Virus record (IMG/VR): IMGVR_UViG_3300032069_000007
Coordinates: 16,288-80,287 of that record
Origin: a virus
Direction: 5' to 3' (one strand)
DNA: 64,000 bases
Notes under the pieces: model-generated
Databases searched by the model: none
What the model saw: only the letters and a program-made list of their open reading frames with translations
What the model was told of the DNA's origin: nothing
Translations under genes and position numbers: made by a program
Shown here: in pieces, positions 45,743-55,492 of the stretch
Position numbering within the stretch: the first letter of the stretch is position 1
Layout: each line of letters opens with the position of its first letter

Positions 45743-46444
45743 ATGGCAACGCCAGTCGATTTCAGCGTAGCCCGACATCGTGATTTCATCAACCGCCGGG
45801 GCGAGGCGATCACGTGGCAGAGGGCCCTCCCCTGCTCCTGCCGTAATCCGATCTCGGGCGAGTACGACCGGACGCACACACCCTGCGGCGGCACAGGGTA
45901 TCTGTACACGCCCCAGGCCGTTTCCGACTACCGCGCGCTACTGAGAGACGTGTCGCATAACCAGGTGCTTGCGTCATTCGGCGCCTTGATGCTGGGCGAC
46001 ATCATCTGCACAACTATGCCGGACGAGATAGCGATCGCCGTGGGCGATCTCATCGTAATCCCAGGCCGAACCTTCCGGACGGCGCACAACGTCGTTCGCG
46101 CCCGCGGTAACCCGCCGGTCGACACGAAACTCGATGCCCTGAGATGGACTCCGGTTAAGTCCATCACGAGGGTTTGGCAGGCTGGCCACGGGGATTACAC
46201 ACAGAACGGCGTCGGCGTCGTGGATCCGGAGTACGAGCTTTCGGGGGACAGCGTTAAGTGGCTCACGCCAGATGGCAGCGTCCATAACCCCGCGGTTGAC
46301 TCGGTTTACAGTGTCGAATACGCATATTCGCCAACATATATCGCGATCCCGGAGAGAGTCTCTCTGCGGAGGCCGATCGAGGGTGTCTTTATGCCGCAGA
46401 GGGCCGTTCTGCGGCTGAAGAACCCGGAGGACTTCAGGACGTAG
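45743..46444 (+). CDS. Head closure / neck protein
   Basis: CSC..CGGTGYLY, GDLI; position. Confidence 0.65.
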   Translation: MATPVDFSVARHRDFINRRGEAITWQRALPCSCRNPISGEYDRTHTPCGGTGYLYTPQAVSDYRALLRDVSHNQVLASFGALMLGDIICTTMPDEIAIAVGDLIVIPGRTFRTAHNVVRARGNPPVDTKLDALRWTPVKSITRVWQAGHGDYTQNGVGVVDPEYELSGDSVKWLTPDGSVHNPAVDSVYSVEYAYSPTYIAIPERVSLRRPIEGVFMPQRAVLRLKNPEDFRT

Positions 46445-46457
46445 TTGACGACAGGCC

Positions 46458-47306
46458 GTGGCGCTACCAAGGAGGGCGACCTTGAGTCAACTCTTACAAC
46501 CAGTAAACGTAAAGACCCTGACGGATAACATGGCCAGGGTGTACGAGCGCCTGGACACCATTCTTCAGTTGAACGTCGGCGAGGCGAACCTTCATGCGCT
46601 GGCTGCCTACGCGGTGATACTCGGTCTCGGGACGGGGCTTGACGACTACTACCCGACCAAGGATATGCTCGACGCGATGAAGGGCATGGCGGACAACGTC
46701 GAGACCGCTGCGGCCACCGCCTCGATGATGCAGGCCGCGCTCGCGGCCGTGGACCAGCACATGAGTCTGCGCGGTACAACAGATGACGCACAGTCCGGCA
46801 TCGTTGACATCGCCACGTACGCGACTTACTACAACAAGTCGCCTGCCGACCCCACCACGATGCTTTACGTCCCGGAGTTCGGTGACCTCTACAACGCTAT
46901 CAAGGGCCGATATATGGACGTCAAGAACGTCTCCGGGTATGACCACGCGGACATGGGCCACTGGACAGTGGCCGGAAGTTTCGTGGACGGAAGCGCCCTT
47001 GACGACACCAAGTATGGGCTCGTCAAGCCGAAGCTCGTGGTTACGGGCGGGGGGTTCACGTCGAGCGACCACGTAGTCGTCGTCGTGACGGGCAAAAACC
47101 ACCTGGGAGCCACGGGCGTCCTGTGGCACTATACCAGTCCGGGCACGGATCTGGGTGACGGCACTTACTACTTCACCGAAGCACCGGAGAACGGCACTCA
47201 GGTTCAGTGGATCCGTGACGTGACCGGCATCGCGATCACCGGAGGTGGCCTGGCCGGCAGCGGCACGGCGAAGGTAACAGGATCGCGGGCCAGAGTCCTC
47301 CCGTAG
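46458..47306 (+). CDS. Hypothetical virion protein
   Basis: Long ORF in the structural operon; start uncertain. Confidence 0.65.
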   Translation: MALPRRATLSQLLQPVNVKTLTDNMARVYERLDTILQLNVGEANLHALAAYAVILGLGTGLDDYYPTKDMLDAMKGMADNVETAAATASMMQAALAAVDQHMSLRGTTDDAQSGIVDIATYATYYNKSPADPTTMLYVPEFGDLYNAIKGRYMDVKNVSGYDHADMGHWTVAGSFVDGSALDDTKYGLVKPKLVVTGGGFTSSDHVVVVVTGKNHLGATGVLWHYTSPGTDLGDGTYYFTEAPENGTQVQWIRDVTGIAITGGGLAGSGTAKVTGSRARVLP

Positions 47307-47336
47307 AGGGGACATCTTAGAGGGACACACCGGCCA

Positions 47337-48002
47337 ATGACTGCAATCCTCGACATGGACGGACTCGGCGAGTTCAGGGAGACGCTCAACCGCATACGGG
47401 CGCGAGTATCGGATCTGCGGCCTTATCTGAATCGGGTCGCCATCGAGGTTCGTAAGGGCTTTGCCGAGATGTTCAACACCGAGGGGGCGGCGGGCGGCGA
47501 GAGGTGGAAGCCGCTTGCCCCCTCGACAATCGCGGCCAAGCAGCAGATGTTCGAGGCCGGGGAGATACGCGGCCGCATCCGGGGGATTCGCGCACGCCTG
47601 CGGGCCAGCCAGTTGCAGGCGGGAGAGATGCCCGGGATCCTGATCCGCACGGGCGCGCTCAAGGACAGCGTCGTGAGGCGCGGGTTCAGGGGCAACATCC
47701 ACAGGATCGGGGGCGATGGTCGCTCGGTGGAGCTCGGCACCTCGGTGCCGTATGCGGCAGTGCATGAGTACGGCGGCACACACGAGTACCCGATCGCGCC
47801 GGTCAACAAACCGGTTCTTGCGTGGTTTGGGATCCAAAAGGGCGGAAAGCCCGGCTGGTGCTACGCACGCATGGTTCCAAGACACCCACCGCTCGCCCGC
47901 CGCTCCTTCCTGGTAGTCACGGAAGACGCTTGGAACGAGATTATGAGGCTGAGCGAAGAACTTCTCTCCGGGGCCGAGGCGCCGGTGTCGGCGGAGGATT
48001 AG
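47337..48002 (+). CDS. Tail completion / virion morphogenesis protein (Mu gpG, P2 gpS-like)
   Basis: WKPLAPST..ILIRTGALKDS..GTSVPYAAVHEYGG..ARRSFL. Confidence 0.85.
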   Translation: MTAILDMDGLGEFRETLNRIRARVSDLRPYLNRVAIEVRKGFAEMFNTEGAAGGERWKPLAPSTIAAKQQMFEAGEIRGRIRGIRARLRASQLQAGEMPGILIRTGALKDSVVRRGFRGNIHRIGGDGRSVELGTSVPYAAVHEYGGTHEYPIAPVNKPVLAWFGIQKGGKPGWCYARMVPRHPPLARRSFLVVTEDAWNEIMRLSEELLSGAEAPVSAED

Positions 48003-48006
48003 CCCA

Positions 48007-48828
48007 ATGGCCAGGATCCACATCATATCCGTAGGGAACGTCAAAGACTCGGTTAGCGTGGACGTCGAAGCCGATCGGGTGCCGACAGGGGTTATCAGCT
48101 TTTTTGCCCGAAGAACCCCGCCGGATCCCGCCTCCGGCAAATACGGCGATGCCTGCGCTAAGACCGACCTCTCGCCTACCAAATGGCGTGTGACACTCCC
48201 GGCAGAAGTGTACGTTGGTGCGGGTCGGCCGGCACGTCTGTTTTACATCACCGCGAAGGATGGCGGTGAGCAACCCGCAGATCAATACTCTGCTTATCTG
48301 ACGCCGGCAGGCGAGCTTGAAGGCGCGGGAGCCGTCTGGGTCGGCATCTCAGACGTCGAGGACATTGACGAGATTGCCCTGATCCTCGTAAAGATCCTCA
48401 AGGACAACCGCAAGGGCATCGAGTCCCGGATGCAGCAGATCGAAGCAGGCACGACCGTCAAGCAGATCGTCTATGGCCTACCAGAGCGGATTGAGAGCTA
48501 TCCGGCAATCTGCGTGGCGCAGGCCAACTTCCAGGAGCAGTACGCCGGGCCGGACTATATGCGAATGGCGAACGTCGGCGCGGAGGTGTACGGCTATATC
48601 GCGCACGACAGCCCGACCACGCAGGAGCGATTGGTCGCGGTATTTGGCCGCGCGGTGCAGCGGATCCTGAACCAGATCGCCTACGAGACGATCGAGCTTT
48701 CCACAGACGTCACGATCACCTACTGCGAAGCACCGAGCCTTCAGTTCGGCGACCAGTGGAACGGGCAGAGGTTCCTTGCGACCTGGGTGTGCGGCTGGCA
48801 GGCTCGGCTGGCCCTGACGGAGCCGTAG
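48007..48828 (+). CDS. Tail terminator-like protein
   Basis: Position before the tail tube; YPAICV motif. Confidence 0.55.
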   Translation: MARIHIISVGNVKDSVSVDVEADRVPTGVISFFARRTPPDPASGKYGDACAKTDLSPTKWRVTLPAEVYVGAGRPARLFYITAKDGGEQPADQYSAYLTPAGELEGAGAVWVGISDVEDIDEIALILVKILKDNRKGIESRMQQIEAGTTVKQIVYGLPERIESYPAICVAQANFQEQYAGPDYMRMANVGAEVYGYIAHDSPTTQERLVAVFGRAVQRILNQIAYETIELSTDVTITYCEAPSLQFGDQWNGQRFLATWVCGWQARLALTEP

Positions 48829-48833
48829 TGCCG

Positions 48834-48855
48834 TGCGGCACTTTAGCAGTGTAGA
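48834..48855 (+). promoter_or_regulatory. Conserved motif, copy 5, upstream of tail tube
   Basis: TGCGGCACTTTAGCAGTGTAGA. Confidence 0.75.
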
Positions 48856-48923
48856 GAGTGACGCAACCATAACCTGATCCCGAGTGCAGAGATGCCGTGG
48901 CGTTGCCATCGAGGAGGACCTAG

Positions 48924-49901
48924 ATGGCAACAAAATTCTACACTCCCGGGTATCGAAATGCGATGGCCATGAAAAAGCCGGGCGGTTCGACGTGGGTCAA
49001 TCTGCCGATCTTGCCTGGCACTGGCTTTGCGATGCCCTACAACTACCAGATTCCGCCGGTGATCTCCGGGTTCAACGTTTACCAGTTCAACGCCGTGGAG
49101 GGGCTGCAGTTCGCGACCATCAACCTGCAAACACTGATCATGAAGAGCTGGTGGTCGGGGTCGAAGGCCGATCTGTGGGAACAGTGGTTCCCCGAGAGGA
49201 AGGATAACGACGACGTTCTGGACCTGGGCAACGGCACCGACCCGTGTCTCGAGTTCTGGTTCGGTTCGGCAGAGGGGCCGACCTCACCAGAGGGGCGCGG
49301 TTTCACATTCAACCGGGGCAAGGTGAACTGGGTGAGGCTCAGCGCGAGCCAGGGCGACCTGGTCAGGTTATCCATGCAGATTCTTGCGACGGGGTTCGCG
49401 GCCATCACCACGATCCCCGCGGAGATCAAGATCATAACCGATCCGCCGGCGGCGAGCCAACACGTCGAGCTGGGCGGTGCACTTACGCACTCGCCGGGCC
49501 CGACTGGCACTCCGGTCGTCTCGTGGGAACTCACACTCATGAACAACTTGATGCCGTCTCCGCTCCTGAACTCCGAGGTCTATCCGTACGAGTTCAACGC
49601 TGGTCAGTTCACGGCTTCGATGAGGCTGGTCATGCCCGTGGCGGTGGACCTGCCGACCGAGGCTGGACCCGGATTGCTGCCGACCGCGTGCGAATTCACG
49701 ATAAAGTGTCCGACGGACCGGCGTGAGCCGCCCGGCAGCGAGACCGACGCGATGACCTTCAAGGTCATGAACTATCTGGCATTCGACCCGCGCGAGAGAA
49801 CAGTAGCGCTCCCGCGCCAGCTCAAAGAGGTCAACTACGCGTGTCTGGGGAAGTGGCAGACCAACGACCAGACCATGTCCAGGCCAATCGAATTTGTGTA
49901 G
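48924..49901 (+). CDS. Major tail tube protein
   Basis: GKVNWVRLSASQGDLVRLSM..WELTLMNNL; GAGGAGG SD; precedes chaperone and tape measure. Confidence 0.7.
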   Translation: MATKFYTPGYRNAMAMKKPGGSTWVNLPILPGTGFAMPYNYQIPPVISGFNVYQFNAVEGLQFATINLQTLIMKSWWSGSKADLWEQWFPERKDNDDVLDLGNGTDPCLEFWFGSAEGPTSPEGRGFTFNRGKVNWVRLSASQGDLVRLSMQILATGFAAITTIPAEIKIITDPPAASQHVELGGALTHSPGPTGTPVVSWELTLMNNLMPSPLLNSEVYPYEFNAGQFTASMRLVMPVAVDLPTEAGPGLLPTACEFTIKCPTDRREPPGSETDAMTFKVMNYLAFDPRERTVALPRQLKEVNYACLGKWQTNDQTMSRPIEFV

Positions 49902-49912
49902 GAGGCAAGACA

Positions 49913-50512
49913 ATGCAGCACGTGACGTTTGAGTGTCTGGTCAGGTTCGTCTCCAGCGAGGGCGATATTTACGTCCTTGCCGATGCTGACGACCTGATGG
50001 CCGTGGAGGGAAGCATCGCGCGCGGCGAAGAGTTTGCGGCGGGGGTCTCCGGAGGGCGACCCCGAAAGGGAAAGGCCGAGCCAAAGGAGCCGAAGATAGA
50101 CCCGGCACAGGTCGCAGCCGTCCAGATGCAACTCGCGGCCGACAGGGCCTTCCTAGAGCAACAGAGGCGATTGGTAGTCGCATACGGCCAGGCCGCGGAG
50201 ACCATGACCGCGGTGATGCACAGGTGGACCTACCGCGAGTACTATTCAGCGCTCGAGGAGGCCCGTCGCTACGCATCAGACCTGTCCGCACCGACTGTTG
50301 ACCAGGCTGCCTTCCGGACGGCGATACTGGCCAAGTGCATCGAGTCCTGGAGCGTAGACGACCCTATCACTCGGGATGCTATTGAGAACCTGCCGCGGCA
50401 GATCGTGGAGACGCTGTTTGCCAGATTGCAGAGGAGGAGCGAGCCGACGAGCGATCGGCTCGATTTTCTTCGCGCTGCTAGCGTACGACTTAACCAGGGG
50501 ACAGGTAACTAA
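49913..50512 (+). CDS. Tail assembly chaperone (G-like)
   Basis: GGAGG SD; CIESWS..PITRDAIENLP; position. Confidence 0.75.
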   Translation: MQHVTFECLVRFVSSEGDIYVLADADDLMAVEGSIARGEEFAAGVSGGRPRKGKAEPKEPKIDPAQVAAVQMQLAADRAFLEQQRRLVVAYGQAAETMTAVMHRWTYREYYSALEEARRYASDLSAPTVDQAAFRTAILAKCIESWSVDDPITRDAIENLPRQIVETLFARLQRRSEPTSDRLDFLRAASVRLNQGTGN

Positions 50513-50711
50513 CCCTGACCGGGTAACGCTATCCGTCCAGCTGTGGCTCTTCTGGCATAGGTTTGGGGGGATCCCGGGCGATCTCTGGGATTACCCCAGA
50601 TACATCGTCGAGGAGTTTTTCGCCTTTGATGAGGCGATGGGCGACGCGTCGTCGGGACCGAAAGAGGTTCCGACAACGGAGGAGGCCAAGAGCGCGAATA
50701 GTCTGTCCTAG
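50466..50711 (+). CDS. Chaperone extension (GT-like) in the +1 frame
   Basis: LWLFWHRFGGIPGDLWDYPRYIVEEF after GAT TTT CTT C; no convincing start of its own. Confidence 0.55.
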   Translation, partial: FFALLAYDLTRGQVTNPDRVTLSVQLWLFWHRFGGIPGDLWDYPRYIVEEFFAFDEAMGDASSGPKEVPTTEEAKSANSLS

Positions 50712-51829
50712 CTGAGTGCGCTAGGTCTTGTCTCTGGCACCTTCGGGGCGGGTGCTCCGAAGTCCGAGACGTTTGGCCGGACTATTAAGGCGGCCCGGCG
50801 GATATTCTCCGCCGCGATGACATCTGCGGCCCCAGCGAGGCCGCAAGACGTGCAAAGGAAAAGACCTTGAGCCTTACGATTTCTTCTATCGATATGCCCA
50901 CAAAGAGGGCACGTGATGCTGGTGTTCCCACGGTCCACGATGACCACGGGGACTCCGACCAAGCGCGCCTTGTAGTCGATAAAGGTTTTGAGTTGCAAGA
51001 AGCTCCAGGAAGAGAACGTGTCCCGCTGGTGGCGCCTAACTGTCGTCAGAGAGCGGCGCTTGAGGTCCTCAAGCGCGATACCTCTTTTCGTGTCTTCGGC
51101 CTTGGATACTATCTTCTTGGAGATGCAGTGGTTGACATGCCTTGCGAATCGGCTCTCGTGCCTGCGGCGCTCCCGAAGGAGCCTGCGGCAGGAGAGGGTG
51201 CCTTTGCTCTGGAGTTTAGCCCTGAGCCTCCGGTGCCGTTTTCTGAGGCCGTTGACGAGCGCGCCCGAGAACATCTCGCCGTCGGAGTCCGCGGCGATCT
51301 GCTTGATGCCGAGGTCCACGCCGAGAACATCGACCGGCTCGATCGGATCGGGTTCGGGTACGTCGCAGGCGGCCAGAAGGTAGAAACAACCGTCGATCAG
51401 CGCGAGGTCGGACTCCCCGGCGCGGTACTTGAGAAGCTCGCGGTCACGGGGTCCGCAGACGAAGCGGAGGAACACCCGCCCTTCGACAGTCGATATCGAA
51501 ACCAGCCTCTTGTGGGTCAGCCAAGTCAGGCTGAGATTGTCATAGGGGATGGACCCGTGGCTCCGGAAGTTGCATTTGTGTGTGCGCCCTTTGCCGTACG
51601 CGTCGGCGACTTTCGCTATACATCGCACGGCGATGCGGGAGGGCAGTGCGAACCCCTGGCGGATGGGGCGGTAGGCTAGTCTGTGTATGGGGAATCGGCG
51701 GAATGTCTGAGCGTTCCAGGCCAGCTCGCTCGCCCAATTACAGGCGTCGTTGGCCCGCTCCAGCGTGCGTTTCAGGGCCTCGGCCTGTGCCGGGTCCGCG
51801 AGCAATTTGACCCTGGCGGTAAGCGTCAT
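50708..51829 (-). mobile_element. tnpB: IS200/IS605-family TnpB RNA-guided nuclease, no TnpA nearby
   Basis: RuvC-I LGVDLG, RuvC-II IALEDL, CPLCG..CTSCG Zn finger, RuvC-III ADVIAAENI; ATG 51829. Confidence 0.93.
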
Positions 51830-51838
51830 GGCAAGGAT

Positions 51839-51867
51839 ATTGTAGCACTCGCCGCAACCCAAGGCAA
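51839..51867 (-). promoter_or_regulatory. sigma70-type promoter of tnpB
   Basis: TTGCCT (51867-51862), 17 nt, TGc-TACAAT (51847-51839), 9 nt, ATG. Confidence 0.7.
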
Positions 51868-51898
51868 GCATTTTGTTTGCAATTAGGAGGGCCTGACC

Positions 51899-54800
51899 GT
51901 GCCGGAGGGGACAGAGCGCGAGGCCAAACTTAAGTTTCAAACGGAGGGCGCGGAGCAGCTCATCGGGTCGCTCGACCGACTAATCGAGCGGCTTGAGCGC
52001 GTCCAGTCGGCGGTGGGAGGTGGAGCCGCCGCACAGCCCTCAACCGGTTACGGGTCCGCAGCCGCCACCCAGCCCGCCGCCGTGCCAGCCGGCGGCGGGC
52101 TGTCCCTGTTTCAGTCCCAATCCGCAATACCACTTCAGACCGGCGGAGTCCCAAGCCCGCAGCAGCAGGCACTTCAAGCCCAGGGGCACATCACCACCGC
52201 CACCCCTACCTCTTGGCGGATGACCGCAGGCGGCGTCTATGCGCCGCCCGGTTACGCCGCCCCTGTGCAGGGTGCCCTTGTGCCCGTCGCAGGTGGGCTG
52301 CCTGCACTCCCACCTCAAGCGCCCGCCCCAGCGCAACCAGCGGGAGCACAGCCAACACCAACGGGTTATGGCCCGACGGGGCTCGACCCATTTACCTCCA
52401 TCGTCGCGTACGCGGCCTACCGGCAGACTGGTGTTCTCCCGGCAGGGTTGGGCTATCAGTACCTGCACCAAGCCGCAATCGGCGCAGCCGGTGGGTATAC
52501 GATCAACCAGCTCACCGCCCCGGCCTGGCAAATCGAACAGGCGTATGCGACAGGACAGTACGTTACCCCAGAGGCACGTGGACGCGCAATGTGGGGGCTT
52601 GCGCAGCCTGCGGGTGCTATTGGCGGCGGCATAGGGCTCGGTGTGCTTGGCGCCATTATTGGAAGCATCGTCCCCGGGGTGGGTACAGTCGTCGGGGGAG
52701 CGGTTGGTGCAGGTTTGGGCGGGACGCTCGGCTACGGGCAGGGTGGGGCTTACGCTGGCGTTCGGATGGCCGACCTATCCCGGCAAGAGCAAATCAGAGT
52801 CCTAGCCGAACAGCTATCCCGGCGCGCAGGCGGCGGACTCGGCGAAGCTGGCGGGATAATAGGGATGCTCTACTCGACCGCCGCCCAAGCTGGCCAAGAT
52901 GCCGACAGCGACGCATTGCGGGCGGCTACTCTGGACCTGGCCCGGGGTGTTGGAGCACTTACGCAAGCTGCACCCCAGCTTGCACAAGCACCCGGCATCC
53001 TCCAGTGGGCTGGGCGGTTGCAGGCTGGCGGACCCGAGACCTTCCCACAGTTCGCTGAACAATTCGGAGGGCTGATGGCGCGTCCGGAATCCGCGACCCT
53101 CGTTCAGAGAATGGTCAGGACAGGCGGCGGACCGGCGGTACGCACGCTCCTCGCCCGCGCAGCCACGTACGCTGCGCGCGGGGACATGGCGAACGCGCAG
53201 GTCATCATCGACGCAATCGCACGCGAAAACACCCGAACAACCTTCCAAGGCACAGCACTCCTGCCAGGGCCCGCAGGCACCATTGAGGTCCCCTTCGGAG
53301 GGAGGGGGACTTACGAAGCTGAGCTTGCGCAGGGCCGGGAGCTCATGGAGTGGGGGCCGCAGGTCAGGGCAGCTCAGCAATACATCGGACTGTTCGGCGC
53401 CTGGGGTGCCTATTGGGGTGCCGAGGCCGAGGCGCGTGGCTACGCTGGCGCAGACTGGGCAGGTGCGGGTGGCCGCGGATACGCGATGCAGGCCCAGCGC
53501 CGGGATGCCCAAGCGCAGGTTGAGCGCCTGGGTGTACTCATAGACCAAATGGAGGGGTCGCCTCAGTACGAGACAGACCCCCTTTGGCGGCAGCAACTTG
53601 CCCAGTATAAAGCGCAGAGGGCCGCGCTTGCGCCCGTAGCAAGCGGGTACGCCGCAGCCAGAGCTGGGGTCGGGTATTACGGGGCGATGGCGCAGGCCGG
53701 TATCGCGGGCGCGGGCGCAGCCGTAGCAGCCCGAAGGACGCTGGGGTTGCCGTGGGCTGGGGCGCTTGAGGAGCGGCGCGGTGCAGAACTTGCCCTTGGC
53801 GGCGCCTACGAGTGGTTTGCAACTCAGGCGGGCGTCCCCGTTGAAGAGGCCGCGCAGTACCGTGCAATGGCCGCAGGCCAGCGGGCCCAGGCACTTGGAA
53901 CCAGGTTTGAGGCAATCGAAGCCCAACGCCTGGCGGTGGAAATCCCAGCAAAAGCAGAGTATGGGATCGCGGGCACTAGAATGGGTGCGGCGGTGGCTCG
54001 CGGCGAGATATGGACGCCGATTTTTGCCGAGATGTTCGACGAGATGCGGACAGCCGTTGAGAAGCAGGTGACTGCGAAGAAGAAGGAGATCGCGGACACA
54101 GTAGCTGAGGCCGCCGCATACGGACTGAGCCGCGAGCAGATAGCGATCAGACTCCAGCCTCGGCTTGCGGAACTCAGGGGCCTTGAGGCGCAGTTGCCGG
54201 GTATCGCACGGCAAGCATACGAGATGGAGTTCGCCCGCCGGGGGATTCCTGTTGCAGCAGCGCAGCAGATAGCCGGGGCGCAACTGACCGGCCTCTTCGG
54301 AGCGGGAATGGCATACGGGCCAGCCCTCACGACGGCACTTGGCGGCCAGCGAGAGGCCCTGGCAATGCGGGTTGACCTCGCCCGGGAGGCGTGGCAGCGC
54401 GCCGCCGCCATGAACAACCCGGAGTTGGAGCGCCAGGCAGCCGCCCAGTACGCAACAGCTGTCGCTGAGCAACAGGGGCTACCCCCCCAGCAGATTAGAA
54501 CCTGGCAGGCCGGCGAGCAGATGATACCGGGCTACCAGATGGGCGCTGGCGGGGCAGAGGCGGCGAGAGCCAGGATGGCCTATGGTATGCTCGGCGCGCT
54601 GCCTGCGGCGCGACAGCAGATTGCCGGCGCATACCAGATAGCTGACATAGCCGGACAAGCGCTCGGGCGCGCGCAGGTTCAGGGGCTGGGGCCGCAGGTG
54701 TTGGCCGAGTTTGGCCAAGCCTGGCAGCAGGCGCAGACGCAGGCGGCGATGACGACCCTTCAGGCCCTGGCACCCGGTCTGCCAGCCGCTACTGAGGAAG

Positions 54801-55492
54801 CGATGGCTCAGGCCGACTTTCAGCGAGCTGTCCTCGGCATGACCTGGACTAGCCGGGGGAGCCTCCGACAAACCGTTCGGCAGCAAATGGGCGCCAGCTA
54901 CCAGGCGGTGCAGGATCTGGTTGGTCAAAGGGACGCCGCCATGCGGGAGGCCCGAACGCCGGAGGAGCGCATACGCCTGGCCCGTACCTATAACGACTCC
55001 ATCCGGCAAGCCTGGATGGGGGTCGTCTCCGCCGAACAGCAGCTCGAGCAGGGGTGGCAGGAACGCATCGTAAGCGCATTCTGGGGGATGCCCGCCAACG
55101 CCAATCTTGCACTCGAGGAGTTCAACTACGCTGGCGCAGTGACGCGAGGCGGGGCCTTTGGCCGGCACCTCGGCGGAACGTCAGCCCAGACGGAATACTA
55201 TAGGCGGCAGCCGCTTTACGGCACGAGCTACGCAGGCGCCGGACTCTTTAATGTGCCCCTGACGTTCATGTCCAGTGGACTTGCGGGAATCAGCCAGGGA
55301 ATGCCGTGGGGCGCGGGGACACCCGACCTTGGTGCGCTCGCCAATGCGAGCCTCGTCGGGGGCGCGATAGAAGCGCACATACACGTCCACGTCCATTACC
55401 CGGACGGCTCCGAGACCTACCACAAGGTAGTTCAATCGGTTGATGTGAGCAATGTCTTTGCGAGGAGGGTGCCGGTCCAGAGTGGAAGCTAA
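51899..55492 (+). CDS. Tape measure protein
   Basis: AGGAGG SD; Ala/Gly/Gln-rich helical; hydrophobic GAIIGSIVPGVGTVVGG segment; follows the chaperone. Confidence 0.8.
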   Translation: MPEGTEREAKLKFQTEGAEQLIGSLDRLIERLERVQSAVGGGAAAQPSTGYGSAAATQPAAVPAGGGLSLFQSQSAIPLQTGGVPSPQQQALQAQGHITTATPTSWRMTAGGVYAPPGYAAPVQGALVPVAGGLPALPPQAPAPAQPAGAQPTPTGYGPTGLDPFTSIVAYAAYRQTGVLPAGLGYQYLHQAAIGAAGGYTINQLTAPAWQIEQAYATGQYVTPEARGRAMWGLAQPAGAIGGGIGLGVLGAIIGSIVPGVGTVVGGAVGAGLGGTLGYGQGGAYAGVRMADLSRQEQIRVLAEQLSRRAGGGLGEAGGIIGMLYSTAAQAGQDADSDALRAATLDLARGVGALTQAAPQLAQAPGILQWAGRLQAGGPETFPQFAEQFGGLMARPESATLVQRMVRTGGGPAVRTLLARAATYAARGDMANAQVIIDAIARENTRTTFQGTALLPGPAGTIEVPFGGRGTYEAELAQGRELMEWGPQVRAAQQYIGLFGAWGAYWGAEAEARGYAGADWAGAGGRGYAMQAQRRDAQAQVERLGVLIDQMEGSPQYETDPLWRQQLAQYKAQRAALAPVASGYAAARAGVGYYGAMAQAGIAGAGAAVAARRTLGLPWAGALEERRGAELALGGAYEWFATQAGVPVEEAAQYRAMAAGQRAQALGTRFEAIEAQRLAVEIPAKAEYGIAGTRMGAAVARGEIWTPIFAEMFDEMRTAVEKQVTAKKKEIADTVAEAAAYGLSREQIAIRLQPRLAELRGLEAQLPGIARQAYEMEFARRGIPVAAAQQIAGAQLTGLFGAGMAYGPALTTALGGQREALAMRVDLAREAWQRAAAMNNPELERQAAAQYATAVAEQQGLPPQQIRTWQAGEQMIPGYQMGAGGAEAARARMAYGMLGALPAARQQIAGAYQIADIAGQALGRAQVQGLGPQVLAEFGQAWQQAQTQAAMTTLQALAPGLPAATEEAMAQADFQRAVLGMTWTSRGSLRQTVRQQMGASYQAVQDLVGQRDAAMREARTPEERIRLARTYNDSIRQAWMGVVSAEQQLEQGWQERIVSAFWGMPANANLALEEFNYAGAVTRGGAFGRHLGGTSAQTEYYRRQPLYGTSYAGAGLFNVPLTFMSSGLAGISQGMPWGAGTPDLGALANASLVGGAIEAHIHVHVHYPDGSETYHKVVQSVDVSNVFARRVPVQSGS

